A stretch of DNA of 57,344 bases, filler included, from Sphacelaria rigidula (taxonomy: Eukaryota): the NCBI GenBank assembly GCA_964200075.2. It is 5 parts of 5 records of this genome, joined end to end, with 100 filler letters (N's around TTAATTAATTAA, not from the genome) between each part and the next. Parts side by side here need not be neighbours in the genome. Positions count along the whole stretch, not along the records: positions 45,959 to 57,344 come from CAXNAA020004979.1; 4 more parts are not named here. One strand, written 5' to 3'. Below, one piece after another: positions 47,568 through 57,344 of the stretch. Both the position numbers and the translations under genes were made by a program. The notes beneath the pieces were generated by a model. The model was not told the DNA's origin, did no database searches, and saw only the letters and a list, made by a program, of their open reading frames with translations. Every line of letters begins with the position of its first letter. The first letter of the stretch is position 1.

Positions 47568-50500
47568 GGCAACGGCGTCAGCATGGGTCTGGTTCTGGGT
47601 CCGGCGCCGCCGCAGGTGCTGCTGCTCCGCAACGCGCGGTGCAGGTGGGACCGACTTCTACAGTGTCGAACACTGCACCGGCGCCGATGGTGGTGCCGGT
47701 GGTGACGCCGGCAGCAGCGCCAGGCGCGACGCCTGCTGATGCGCTGGTCGGAGGTACGCCAAGTTTTTGGTCTGCCGACTGGGGGTCTTACCCGCTGGTG
47801 GTGCCGTTTCAACCTGCCGGGGCGTCTTCGCCTGCGCAGCTTGCGCAACCGTGGGGTCAAGTGGGATTAGCGACGCATCAGTCGACGGATGAAATGCCAG
47901 TGGAGTTTGCGGACAAGTATGTTCCTGCGGAGCTGTGTCTTCCAAATCAACGGGAGCGTGGAGCCATTGCGGTTCGGGCTGTGTTGGATTCTGGCGCCCA
48001 CTTCAAGAGTCATGTGAGTCTGTCGTTGCAGGTTGTAGAAATGTTGGAGCGTCTTCTCCAGGGTGTGCCGCTGCGCATCCCGTTTCCGCTCGGGGCGCTG
48101 CGGGCCGTCACCGCGTCGGGTCAGCATGTTTCCGTCCGCTGCAGCTGGCTTTCACGACTGCCTAGGAGCCGGCGCCGTTGCCTCTGATCTCGTTTGCGAT
48201 CATGCCGGGGTCGGGTGGCGCCATTCTTCTGAGGTTGCCGACGCTTCAGGATCTTGGAGTCGACCCGTATGAGCGATTGTGGGACTCCATGAAGACGCGG
48301 ATGTCTCCGCCTGGTCCGCACGTGGAGACGCCTGCCTTTTTGGGCAGTCGTCGCGTGAGCTTGTCGGCGGATGCTTTTTAGAAGGCTGGGGAGAAGGTGA
48401 CCGGGGAGCGGGATGCGGCGGTGGAACGCTTGGTGGAGTGCGGCCCAAAGATGTTTATGGATCCGGCGAAAGAGGAGTCCGCTCGGAAGGTCGCGCTGGA
48501 GGAGAGCGTGACGGATGCTGTGGCGAAAGGCCCCAGCGCTTCGGAAGCGGAGCGCCTGCGTAACATCTTGCATCGCCGCGTCAACGCGTTTCGTCGTGCG
48601 CTGCGGGGTGATCCCCCTGCGCGCGTGGAGCCCATGCGTGTTCAGCTCAAGCCTGGGGCGTCCGCGGTGAAGACGAAGCCGCGGCGGTACGATCCGGTAA
48701 AGTCGAGTTGGTTGGCGTCGTGCATGGCGGCTCTTGTGACGCTCGGGTTGGTGTTTAGGAGCTTGCAGGCAGTGTGGTCCAGTCCGGCCATGACGTTTCC
48801 AAAGAAGGTTGCATCGTGGACGGAGAGCAGGCTGCAGGCGTGAGCAGCAGCGAAGGATCTGGTGGCTCACGCCGTGACGCTGTTCCATCCTCGTCCTAGT
48901 TGTCAGGTGTTGATGTTTCCGGATAGTGCCATTGGGATAGTTTTGACACGCAGGTGCCTGAAGTTGAGCTACAACGACGCTTGCCGGTTGAGGATATGAC
49001 GCATGAACCGCTGGCTTTCCTCAGTGGTAGTTTCAATGGTTCGCAGTTGCGTTGGGCCACAATCGACAAGAAAGGTTTTGCTATTGTGAGCACCATTCGT
49101 CGTGTGGAGCATATTTTTGTAATGAAGAGCAAGCGGCAGTATAACGCAAGGACACAGCTTGCAACCCAAGGCACAAGCTTGGCAGGCAAGTGTACAACCG
49201 TCAGGCTGCTAAAACTTGTAAATATTGTGTGACCTGCTTAGTATCCAGACAAGGTTTCACGCGAATCGGTCCTTCACTTCTCTCTTGATTATCTTGATTC
49301 TATCTCCAGTATCAACTCAATCAATCCAAACCAATCTAATGCGACTTCTTTTGCTGGAGGGCGATAGAGGAGCAGTTGATAGTGTGGAGGATGGGCGAGC
49401 TATATCGGTTCCAGCTGATCGATCTCGCCATCTTTTACCAAGATACAAGCTCATATCCGTACCCGACCAACTCTGAACAGACCTGCAGTCTTGTTTACCG
49501 GGATTCCCAATATTGCCGAAAGCCAGACTTCGACAACGGGTCTGAAGCGGCATGACAACAGGCTAGTGTGCATCTTCATGACATTTTGTGAGATGGCGTG
49601 CATATTTTCACGGACCACCGAAATCTCGTGTATATTTTCAACCCGGAAGCGTGCGTTACGTCTTTGTCGAAGGCGTTGGCACAACGTTTGGAGGGTTGGA
49701 AAGCTGTTCTTGACCAGTATCGTTACTCGATTTAGCATCATTCGGGTGATCGTAGCGCGTGGGGTGACTTGCTTTCGCGCTGGGAGAATATTCCGGCTTT
49801 GCCTGTGCGCGCTGTGGCTGTGTATGATCCGTGTGAAGCTGATGACTCAATGCCGTCCAAATCTGTTGTCCGACAAGCGCAACGAAAAGAGGTTGGGACC
49901 GAAGATGCGGATGTGTCATCTTTCCAATCGGACGTTGGTACTGCTATCTTGGACAATGAAGGTCTGTTTCGTGTGCATGTGCGTGGCCAAAACGTTTGTG
50001 GATTCCGAGTTCTGACAAGCAGTTGCAGATACGTCTAATGATTTGCGCGCACATGCGCGACGCCGGGCATCGTGGTGTGGTGTGGCTGCGACGCTCGTGC
50101 GCTTGCAAGAGTTTTGTGTCTGGCAGGGGATAGAAACTCAGGTGGCGAATTTGTCCGCCAGTGTCATCACTGTGCTGACTCGAGGGCGGGCGATGTTGTT
50201 CCCCGCCCGCTTGGCGAAACGGTCTATGGGACCACGCCGAATGAAGTCGTTCATTTTGACTTCTTGTACGTGGGCGAGAGTGGCCCGCTAGCTCTCCAAG
50301 GTTTGTCGGAGGATGCTGGGTTTCGAAACGTTTCAGAAATCATGGATGATTTGCGCAACTTCGTGTCTCTGGAACCGGTAGCAGTGTGTACTGCTGAATC
50401 GGCTGCTGCATCTTTGCTGAATTGGTGCAAAACTTTGGGGGTGCCGCGTGTGTGGGAGAGTGATACCGCCACGCATTTCAAGAATGCGATCTTGGTCCGA

Positions 50501-50893
50501 TTGCGAGAGGCTTGGCACGTTGATCACCAGTTTGCGCTGGCGTATTCTCCGTGGTCTAACGGCACGTGTGAAGGCATGGTCAAGGAAGTAGTTCGTGCTC
50601 TTCGATCTATTCTTCTCGAGCAGCGTAGAGCGGTTTCCGAGTGGTGGACGTGTTCCCTGCGGTGCAATGGGCGCTCAATACAGCGTATCGTCGTCGGGTA
50701 CGATAGTACGCCGTACCAGGTGACGTTCAGCCGTGCTCCTCGGACGTCGTTCTCGGTGTTGGCGTCTTCGTCGGCGGGGGAATGGAATCGTGATGTCTTG
50801 GATGATGGTCAAATTAGGCGTGCGTTGCAAGGAGTCTTGGACTTGCAAGAACGTTGCCACGTTCAAGTGCAGGAGCGTGTTGCCGCTGAACGC
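46488..50893 (+). mobile_element. Ty3/Gypsy family B copy 2 (RT largely deleted, 3'-truncated)
   Basis: 5' LTR 46488-46736 ending CGTCACA; candidate PBS tggtagcgcgag 46750; knuckle CHRCDQVGRYARDC; protease VLDSGAH; RT deleted at ~48806; RNase H EPLAFLSGSF..WATIDK; integrase HFDF..SDTATHF; several frameshifts. Confidence 0.9.
49118..49583. mobile_element. Solo LTR (466 bp) of a third LTR family inserted in Gypsy-B2 RNase H, TSD TTTT
   Basis: TGTAATGAAGA..TCTTCATGACA; TTTT both sides; removal restores RRVEHIL*DGVHIFTDHRNL. Confidence 0.85.
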
Positions 50894-52216
50894 GGGGGAC
50901 TTCCGATATTTGTTGCCACATCTTCTACTGTTACGGGGGCGCTCTCAATTTGTTTTGCGTGAAGACAGACGGGGAAACGCAATCAAAAGCTGGGCTCTCC
51001 GTTTGTCTTGTTTTCTGCGGAAAGACTGAAATACTCTTTCTCCGCAAAGGTCTCCTCGATCATCATGGCCGCGATGCCTCCCACCTCTGGTCCGGCTTCT
51101 ACAGTGATCAGGTCCGTCATCCCGCACCTATCCTCCGCCATTCCATACAGTACGATTTCCGCTTCAGCTCTCGCCTTCAAGCGGGAAAAACATTCCTCTC
51201 TTTGCCACACCAGGATTTCCTCCAGCTCTCCTATCGCCGATGCTAGCTCTTCCCGATCAGCTGCCGCTCTAGTCGCACTGCGCGTGCAACCTGCCATTTG
51301 CAGAGACAGACACAACTCATCGTCGAGTGCAAGACGGCGTAGCTCCGTACTTGAGAGTTCGGGAGCTTCATCGCCCCCCTCGTCTTTGTGGTCGGGGGTG
51401 TCTACGGTTGTCCGCGGCAATGCTGACGGGTGTGACGCCAGCCAGAAGAAGAGCTGGTGGGTCACTGCTGCTGAGGGACTCCCCAGTCTCACTGGCCTCA
51501 GTTTCAGTTGTCAGCCTTTACAACATTTCATTATATCAGGAGTGCCCTTGTAGGCACGGCCTGCTAGACCAGCAGCGTATCCACCCGTGTCCGCGGTCAT
51601 CATCCAGAATCCTCCCAGAATCCTCCGGAATCCCCGTGCCCCTGGTCATCATCCAGATCATCACTACCAACCCAGAGTAACGGCGTAATTTCGTCACACG
51701 GGGTACTTGATGGTGAGACTGCATGTGAGGGCGGTGCCGGCGATGCTGGTGACTATTCTGGCGTGCTGGCGTAGTCGGCGTCGCTGGTGGTGGTGTTGCG
51801 GGTGCTGCTGCTGTCGGCGTGGGCGGTGGTGTTGTCGACGCCACCGACGGCGGCGGTGTAGGCGGCGCCGAGCCCCGGTCATCGATGGGATCTTGAACGG
51901 GGTTCCGTAAAACCCCTCGCCTTCCTCGCCTCTGCGATGAGACGGCGAAGTCATTCCACCCCCCCCCCCCCCCCCCCCGCCATCAGCGTCGTCTGCCCTC
52001 TCTTCGGAGTTGGATAGCAAGAACGACACGGGACGAGAACTGCATGATGAAGCGTCCACGGCTGGGGTTTGCTCCACCACGGACTCGCTGCCGGCCCGCC
52101 CCCATTCGATGTGGTCGTCCCTCGCTCCGTCGGGTGTCGGGATCGCTTGCGGTGGAGCGGGGGAAGGAGTAGGGGGAATATATGCCTATGTTACATGCCT
52201 GGTCGAAATAGTTTGC
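50894..52216 (-). mobile_element. Copia-2 family fragment (end of integrase and IN-RT linker), inverted
   Basis: ~51300-52216 (minus the solo LTR) is the reverse complement of ~54743-55395; reading continues toward APVTVEDV near 50930. Confidence 0.8.
51431..51698 (-). mobile_element. Gypsy-B solo LTR (268 bp), TSD CGGG
   Basis: Reverse complement of the 46488-46736-type LTR; CGGG at 51427-51430 and 51699-51702; empty site in paralogue ~55262-55285. Confidence 0.9.
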
Positions 52217-55200
52217 GCGATGGCGACCAGGGAGCCCCGAGCGGGAGCGACCACTGGGCCGGAAGCGACGGAGCAAGGGGGATCGACCCCGCACGCGAGT
52301 CTGTCGCTGTGTACGGTCATGATCGACCAAGTGTGTGCAAGACGTTGTGGACGTACCAGTTTTCAAGGATACTGTCTCAATTTTTTCTGAAAAGAGTTCG
52401 GAACTCTCCCAATACAAGCACGAGCTAATCAGTTTCGCGAGGAGCGAGGGAGTTGATTGGGTATTCACCATGTCGAGCGATAGTTCGCACGACGTGGAGG
52501 TTGAGGATACGGAACTGTCCATGCGTTTTCTAGAGGTAATGCACGGAAAAGACATTGTAGCCGCAATATTAGAGCAAGACAGATGTTGGTGTCGAGTCTG
52601 AACCACAAGCGGGACCGGGATATTATGTTCCGAATTCCTTCTCCTACAGCTGAATGGTGTGAAGTGAACGACCTCTACAGTCCCAAGACCAACAGGGCTA
52701 GATTAGCACTCCTCGAAAAGTATGATCATCTGAAGATTGGTGTTCGTCATGACCCGATTAAAAAATTGATCGAGGTTGAAGAAGTAGCACGGCAGTTGGG
52801 ATCGTATGACATCAGCATCAACCTGACGGAGCCACAAACCCTCCTGAATTTGTCAATGCCGTTCCTCCGGAGTATAATTTTCAGAAGTAAGCGCTGGAGG
52901 AGCGGGAGGACCCACCAACGAGGGAAATCGTGGTGGGGTCGAAAACGTTTCGACTCGGCACTTTGTGAGCAGGAACTCGCCAAGCGGAAGAAGACTTCTT
53001 CAGGAAACCAGGCCCTTGCTGCTAAGGGTCAGCTCGGCAAACCCAACGGCTCACGCCGGAAAGGAAAACTGGGGAAGAACCAGGACCTAGGTCGCGGTGG
53101 CGACGGGGACCAGGTTAAAAACGGTCAGTCGTCGACTTCACCGTCAAAGAGCCAATCAGGGGCTGCGACGACGTGGCGATGCCACATATTATAGAAGATG
53201 ACGACACATCGGTCGAGAGAATCTCCGGACAGGTACTGCGGCAAGTGCGGCAAGAGAGGGCATCAGCTGCTCGACTGCCCGAAGACTGGAGAGGACGTGG
53301 TGATGACTATGGGCTCGGTGAGCGATTTCGTCGACGACGACTCCGTTTGCTCGGATGCTGATGCGGAGGCGTTCACCAGCATCGACATGACGAAGGCCGA
53401 AGACACCACAGGCGAGTGTTCATTTGTGATTTAGAAGGGGGGTGTAGAGCAGCCAAATGGGGGCGAACCGTGGGTATTTGGCACGGGGGCAACCCAGCAC
53501 TTTTTGCCAGATTCGAGTAAGATGAAGGATTATCGAAAATGTAGGGATAGAGTACTGCGGTGTGCGGGCGGCGGTACTCACCCGATCGTAGGGAGAGGAA
53601 ATGTGACTCTCGCTTGTCGATCTGACGTACGTGATGTAGTTTTACATATGGAAAATGTAGATCGCGCACCAGGCGTCCGTCACCATCTGTTGTCATTAAC
53701 TTGGATGTCCTACGGAGGCCACGCCTACATTGGGTCAAGTGACGTCTCCCGGGTTGACTTGAAATTAGGTAATACCCTGAATATCCCCCGTGAGCAGAGA
53801 CCCCTCAAAATGTACGCCCACCGAATAGGTCCCGATAGTCATGACGAGCATGCGTCAGCATGCGCTGTGATTGCCCCGTAGGCACCATCTGACCCCCGAG
53901 TCGTTGATATCAACGATTTCCACTGTTCTCACGCACACGCGCACGAGAACTCACTCCGCCAGACCGCCAAGCAGCTCGAAGTGGAGCTACGCGGCGACAT
54001 GCGACCCTGCCGAGGATGCTCGGAGGGGAAAGGACACCGATGGTCCATCCCAAGATCAACACGTACAAGAGCAAATAAACCCGCGTGTGGAGTATTTGTT
54101 GACCTCACAGGGCCAAAACCAGTTAGATCCCGGGGGGGGGAGGTAGTACATAATGATAGTTCGTGATGGCTACTCCCGGTACACGAGACTGTATTCTCTC
54201 CACACGAAGGGTAAGGCGCAACTGTACTCCCGTGAGTAGATCGCAGAAATACACCCTAGGAAGGTTGAGACGGTTCGCAGCGATGGTGGAGGTGAATTCT
54301 CGGAGGGTGCGTTCGAAGAGCTGTGCGATAAGGAAAAAATCAAGCAAGAGAAAACAACTGCAGACTCTCCACAGCTCGACGGTGTAGCGCAACACGCAAT
54401 GGATATCATAGAGGCAGCCGGCCTTGCGGCCAAAATTCAAGCATCGCAAATGTACCCGAACCAGAATATTCGAGTTGGTGAACCTCTGTGGACGGAGCAA
54501 GCAAACTGGGCTTGCAATGCTTTGAACTGTACCGCAACTTCGACTAACCCGGGAAACAAGACGTCGTATGAAATTTGGCACGGATCACCACCGGACAATA
54601 ACCTACTTCATTTCCTGGAACCTGGTTTTTGTAGAGGACAGAGGACAGATAAGCTGCAAAGGAAAGCGCAAAGATGCTGGTACCTCGGTCCAGCCCCAGG
54701 ATACCCACGCGACGCTGCTGTGCGAGTGATGACCGAAACAGGGCAAACTATTTCGACCAGGCATGTAACATAGGCATATATTCCCCCTACTCCTTCCCCC
54801 GCTCCACCGCAAGCGATCCCGACACCCGACGGAGCGAGGGATGACCACATCGAATGGGGGCCGGCCGGCAGCGAGTCCGTGGAGCAAACCCCAGCCGTGG
54901 ACGCTTTATCACGCAGTACTCGTCGCGTGTTGTTCTTGCTACCCATCTCCGAAGAGAGGGCAGACGACGCTGATGGCGGGGGGGGGGCATAAAATGACTT
55001 CGTCATCGCAGAGGCGAGGAAGGCGAGGGGTTTTACGGAACCCCGTTCAAGATCCCATCGATGACCGGGGCTCGGCGCCGCCTACACCACCGCCCACGCC
55101 GACAGCAGCAGCGTCGACAACACTATCATCATCAACGCCGCCTACACCAGCAACGCCGCCAGCGGTAGCACCCGCAACACCACCACCAGCGACGCCGACT

Positions 55201-55395
55201 ACGCCAACACGCCAGAATAGCCATCAATATCGCCGGCATCGCACTCACATGCGGTCTCACCGTCAACTACCCCGTCAGCATTGCCACCGACAACCGTAGC
55301 CACCCACAACGACCGGGGGGGGCGGTGAAGCTCCCGAACTCCCAAAGACGGAGCTATGCCGTCTTGCACTCGACGATGAGTTGTCTCTGCCTTCG
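52217..55395 (+). mobile_element. Ty1/Copia family 2 internal fragment (gag-PR-IN), no LTR or RT
   Basis: Gag pieces 52335-53430 with CGKCGKRGHQLLDC; protease WVFGTGATQH (Asp lost); FHCSHAHAH..CRGC; integrase VFVDLTGP, RSDGGGEF; KLQRKAQRCWYLG..TRHVT; many stops and frameshifts. Confidence 0.88.
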
Positions 55396-56819
55396 CGGCT
55401 GCGTCGTCGACCTCGAGATGTGCTGGGGTTGGCTGATCCATCAGCCTCGTGGTCTTGTGTTACTTGGTCGCCTCCAGGAGACGCTTCGCTCTCGATGACG
55501 TTGCTCCAAGTAATACTGCACTGTATAACTGGGGAGAGTGTAGGAGAGAGGGGAGAAGCCGACGAATGATCGGTTAGGGGCCGTGTGTGCGGGCGGGCTG
55601 CTGTACTGTAACACATTAGGACACACTTGACTGTCAGTACTCGTACATCACCCTGATTCCCTGTTCTACGTAGATCCAGTATGACTGGGGGTGCGTATCT
55701 GAATCACTCGAACATCCTCCTACGGCAACATACCTTCCTCAATCTTGCCCTTTATCACGCTCCCCATTGTCTGAAAAACACAACGCAAGTCGGAAAGGGC
55801 ATCAGTCCTCTCTGCCTTAGATCCTAGTATCAATATACGAAGCAGATAGTTTATTCATGATAGTAGAGACGGTTTTTACGAGCAGAATCCAGTCTCGTCC
55901 TTGAAAGCGTGAAGACGCGAGCAGCAAAGAACCCCAGACGAGAATCAATGGGATGCGGAATTGCTGATCCAACCCTGTTCATTGAAGTGCCAGGCAGATA
56001 CCGGAGGAGAGATGGGTTGATCCCTTGAGACTACAGGTTTGTCCCGATAGAGGGGAGGGGTTGAAAGTATGACGGCATACAAAACATCGACATACTCCTT
56101 TACGTACCGTATAATCAATTCCATTTATCCAATCTCAGACATCTTCCGACGTGCATGGAATCAATCCGCGAAAATACGGGATCACGATTAACATAAAAAC
56201 AAGAAAGACACATGCCCACCGAATTTATCCCTGACAATCTTCCCATAAGCCACAATGAAGTCCTATGGTTGTCTATATTATTATTATTGTATTCTTTGCA
56301 ATTTCCATTAGTCATAAATATAAATTATGTGCAGCAACGCTGGATATATGCTCCGCAGAAATGCCACGTGCAATTACCCTACGTCGCACACAGTCCACGA
56401 AAAGGACACCTCACACGCGGCCAACTGGCTCCTCCTTGAAATCCCTCTATCGCGATTATTTTCCTCTAGAGGGTCATCATATATGCTTGAAATCGTCGAA
56501 TTGTGCCTGCCGTGGTCCGACTCACACGTTTTTTACAAGTAGTATACATACCGGTATTGAGGACATTTGAGAACCGGGCGGCCGGGTGCCTGTACTAATT
56601 ATCATTTACCTGAGACCTGCTGAGACGTGTATGTTGCCTTTCAATATACGCTCAATCTACGAGTCACCGGAATACATGCGTTGGGATTCACTGATCATAT
56701 TTATGGATACCTACGCTTGTATAGTTGAATCTCAGAAGACTTGAAGCTTTTGTGCTATACTGCACAGCACAGTGCACGGATTGTATTATAATTTGAATAA
56801 CGGGGTGAGGTTTCCTGTT

Positions 56820-57078
56820 GAGTCATGCTACGGTAGGGTTTGCTTGTTTGGGCCCAGATCTTTCTCAGCATTCAGGGGCCCCTAAAGCTGAACTACACAA
56901 AAATATGAGTTAAGGCAATCCCGTTTTCAAATTATAGTTCGAGATATCCCTAGTCCATTGGAATGCAAATCCTGGCGTGCTCCCACTAATTTCAAAAGTA
57001 GTTTTTGGGATGAGATCGAGGGCTCCAAACAAATCGAACCCCAGGAAATATAGGTACACCCCTACCGTAGCACCACTC
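56820..57078. mobile_element. Sola2-like MITE (259 bp), TSD TGTT
   Basis: TIRs gagtcatgctacggtaggg / gtacacccctaccgtagcaccactc; TGTT both sides. Confidence 0.85.
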
Positions 57079-57344
57079 TGTTCCTGGGTACGATTTGACC
57101 TACTACTTCCTGTACGTGTGTACGCACAAGGCTGCATATGATCTTGACACGAAATCTGCCGCCCACCAACTGTATCTTGGGTGAAATCGTCTCGAGACGG
57201 ACCGCGATTTTTTCCCGGTAAACATTTGGATATCTCTCGTCGTGGAAAATATATACTGTATGTAACGCTCAAGGTTGGCGTCGAGTTAATATGTGTGTGT
57301 GTTGTCGGCCCATTTATTCTGGGCGCCAGTCTACCCCTTTCGGG

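Noticed and set aside
55400..56100. Exon-like or SET-like fragments on the minus strand
   Set aside because: Short, stop-interrupted, and the similarity is too weak to support

Overview
Eukaryotic, TE-rich DNA, most likely from a brown alga or other stramenopile (inferred from GT-AG multi-exon genes, RRL-type secreted precursors and TE types; not database-checked). The window is not one locus. It is five size-sorted contigs (1-11391, 11492-22882, 22983-34372, 34473-45858, 45959-57344; 11391/11391/11390/11386/11386 bp) joined by 100-nt N44-TTAATTAATTAA-N44 spacers. Contig 1 holds a defective Ty1/Copia element with a half-tRNA-iMet PBS, whose 3' LTR is interrupted by a younger chromodomain Ty3/Gypsy element with a WVDD RT motif. 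Contig 2 holds a second Gypsy family copy plus MITEs. Contig 3 holds the 3' part (at least 6 exons, ~890 aa) of a host gene with five 8-Cys repeats, RRL/RRY sites, Lys/Trp-rich basic linkers and a C-terminal glycosyltransferase-like domain lacking DxD; this is the most interesting feature. Contig 4 holds the first five exons of a secreted pre-pro-protein gene, MITEs and a probable piggyBac remnant. Contig 5 is a nested stack of Gypsy, solo LTRs and Copia fragments. A GAG..CTC MITE family with 4-bp TSDs (Sola2-like) occurs in four of the five contigs. No rRNA, intact tRNA or CRISPR was found.
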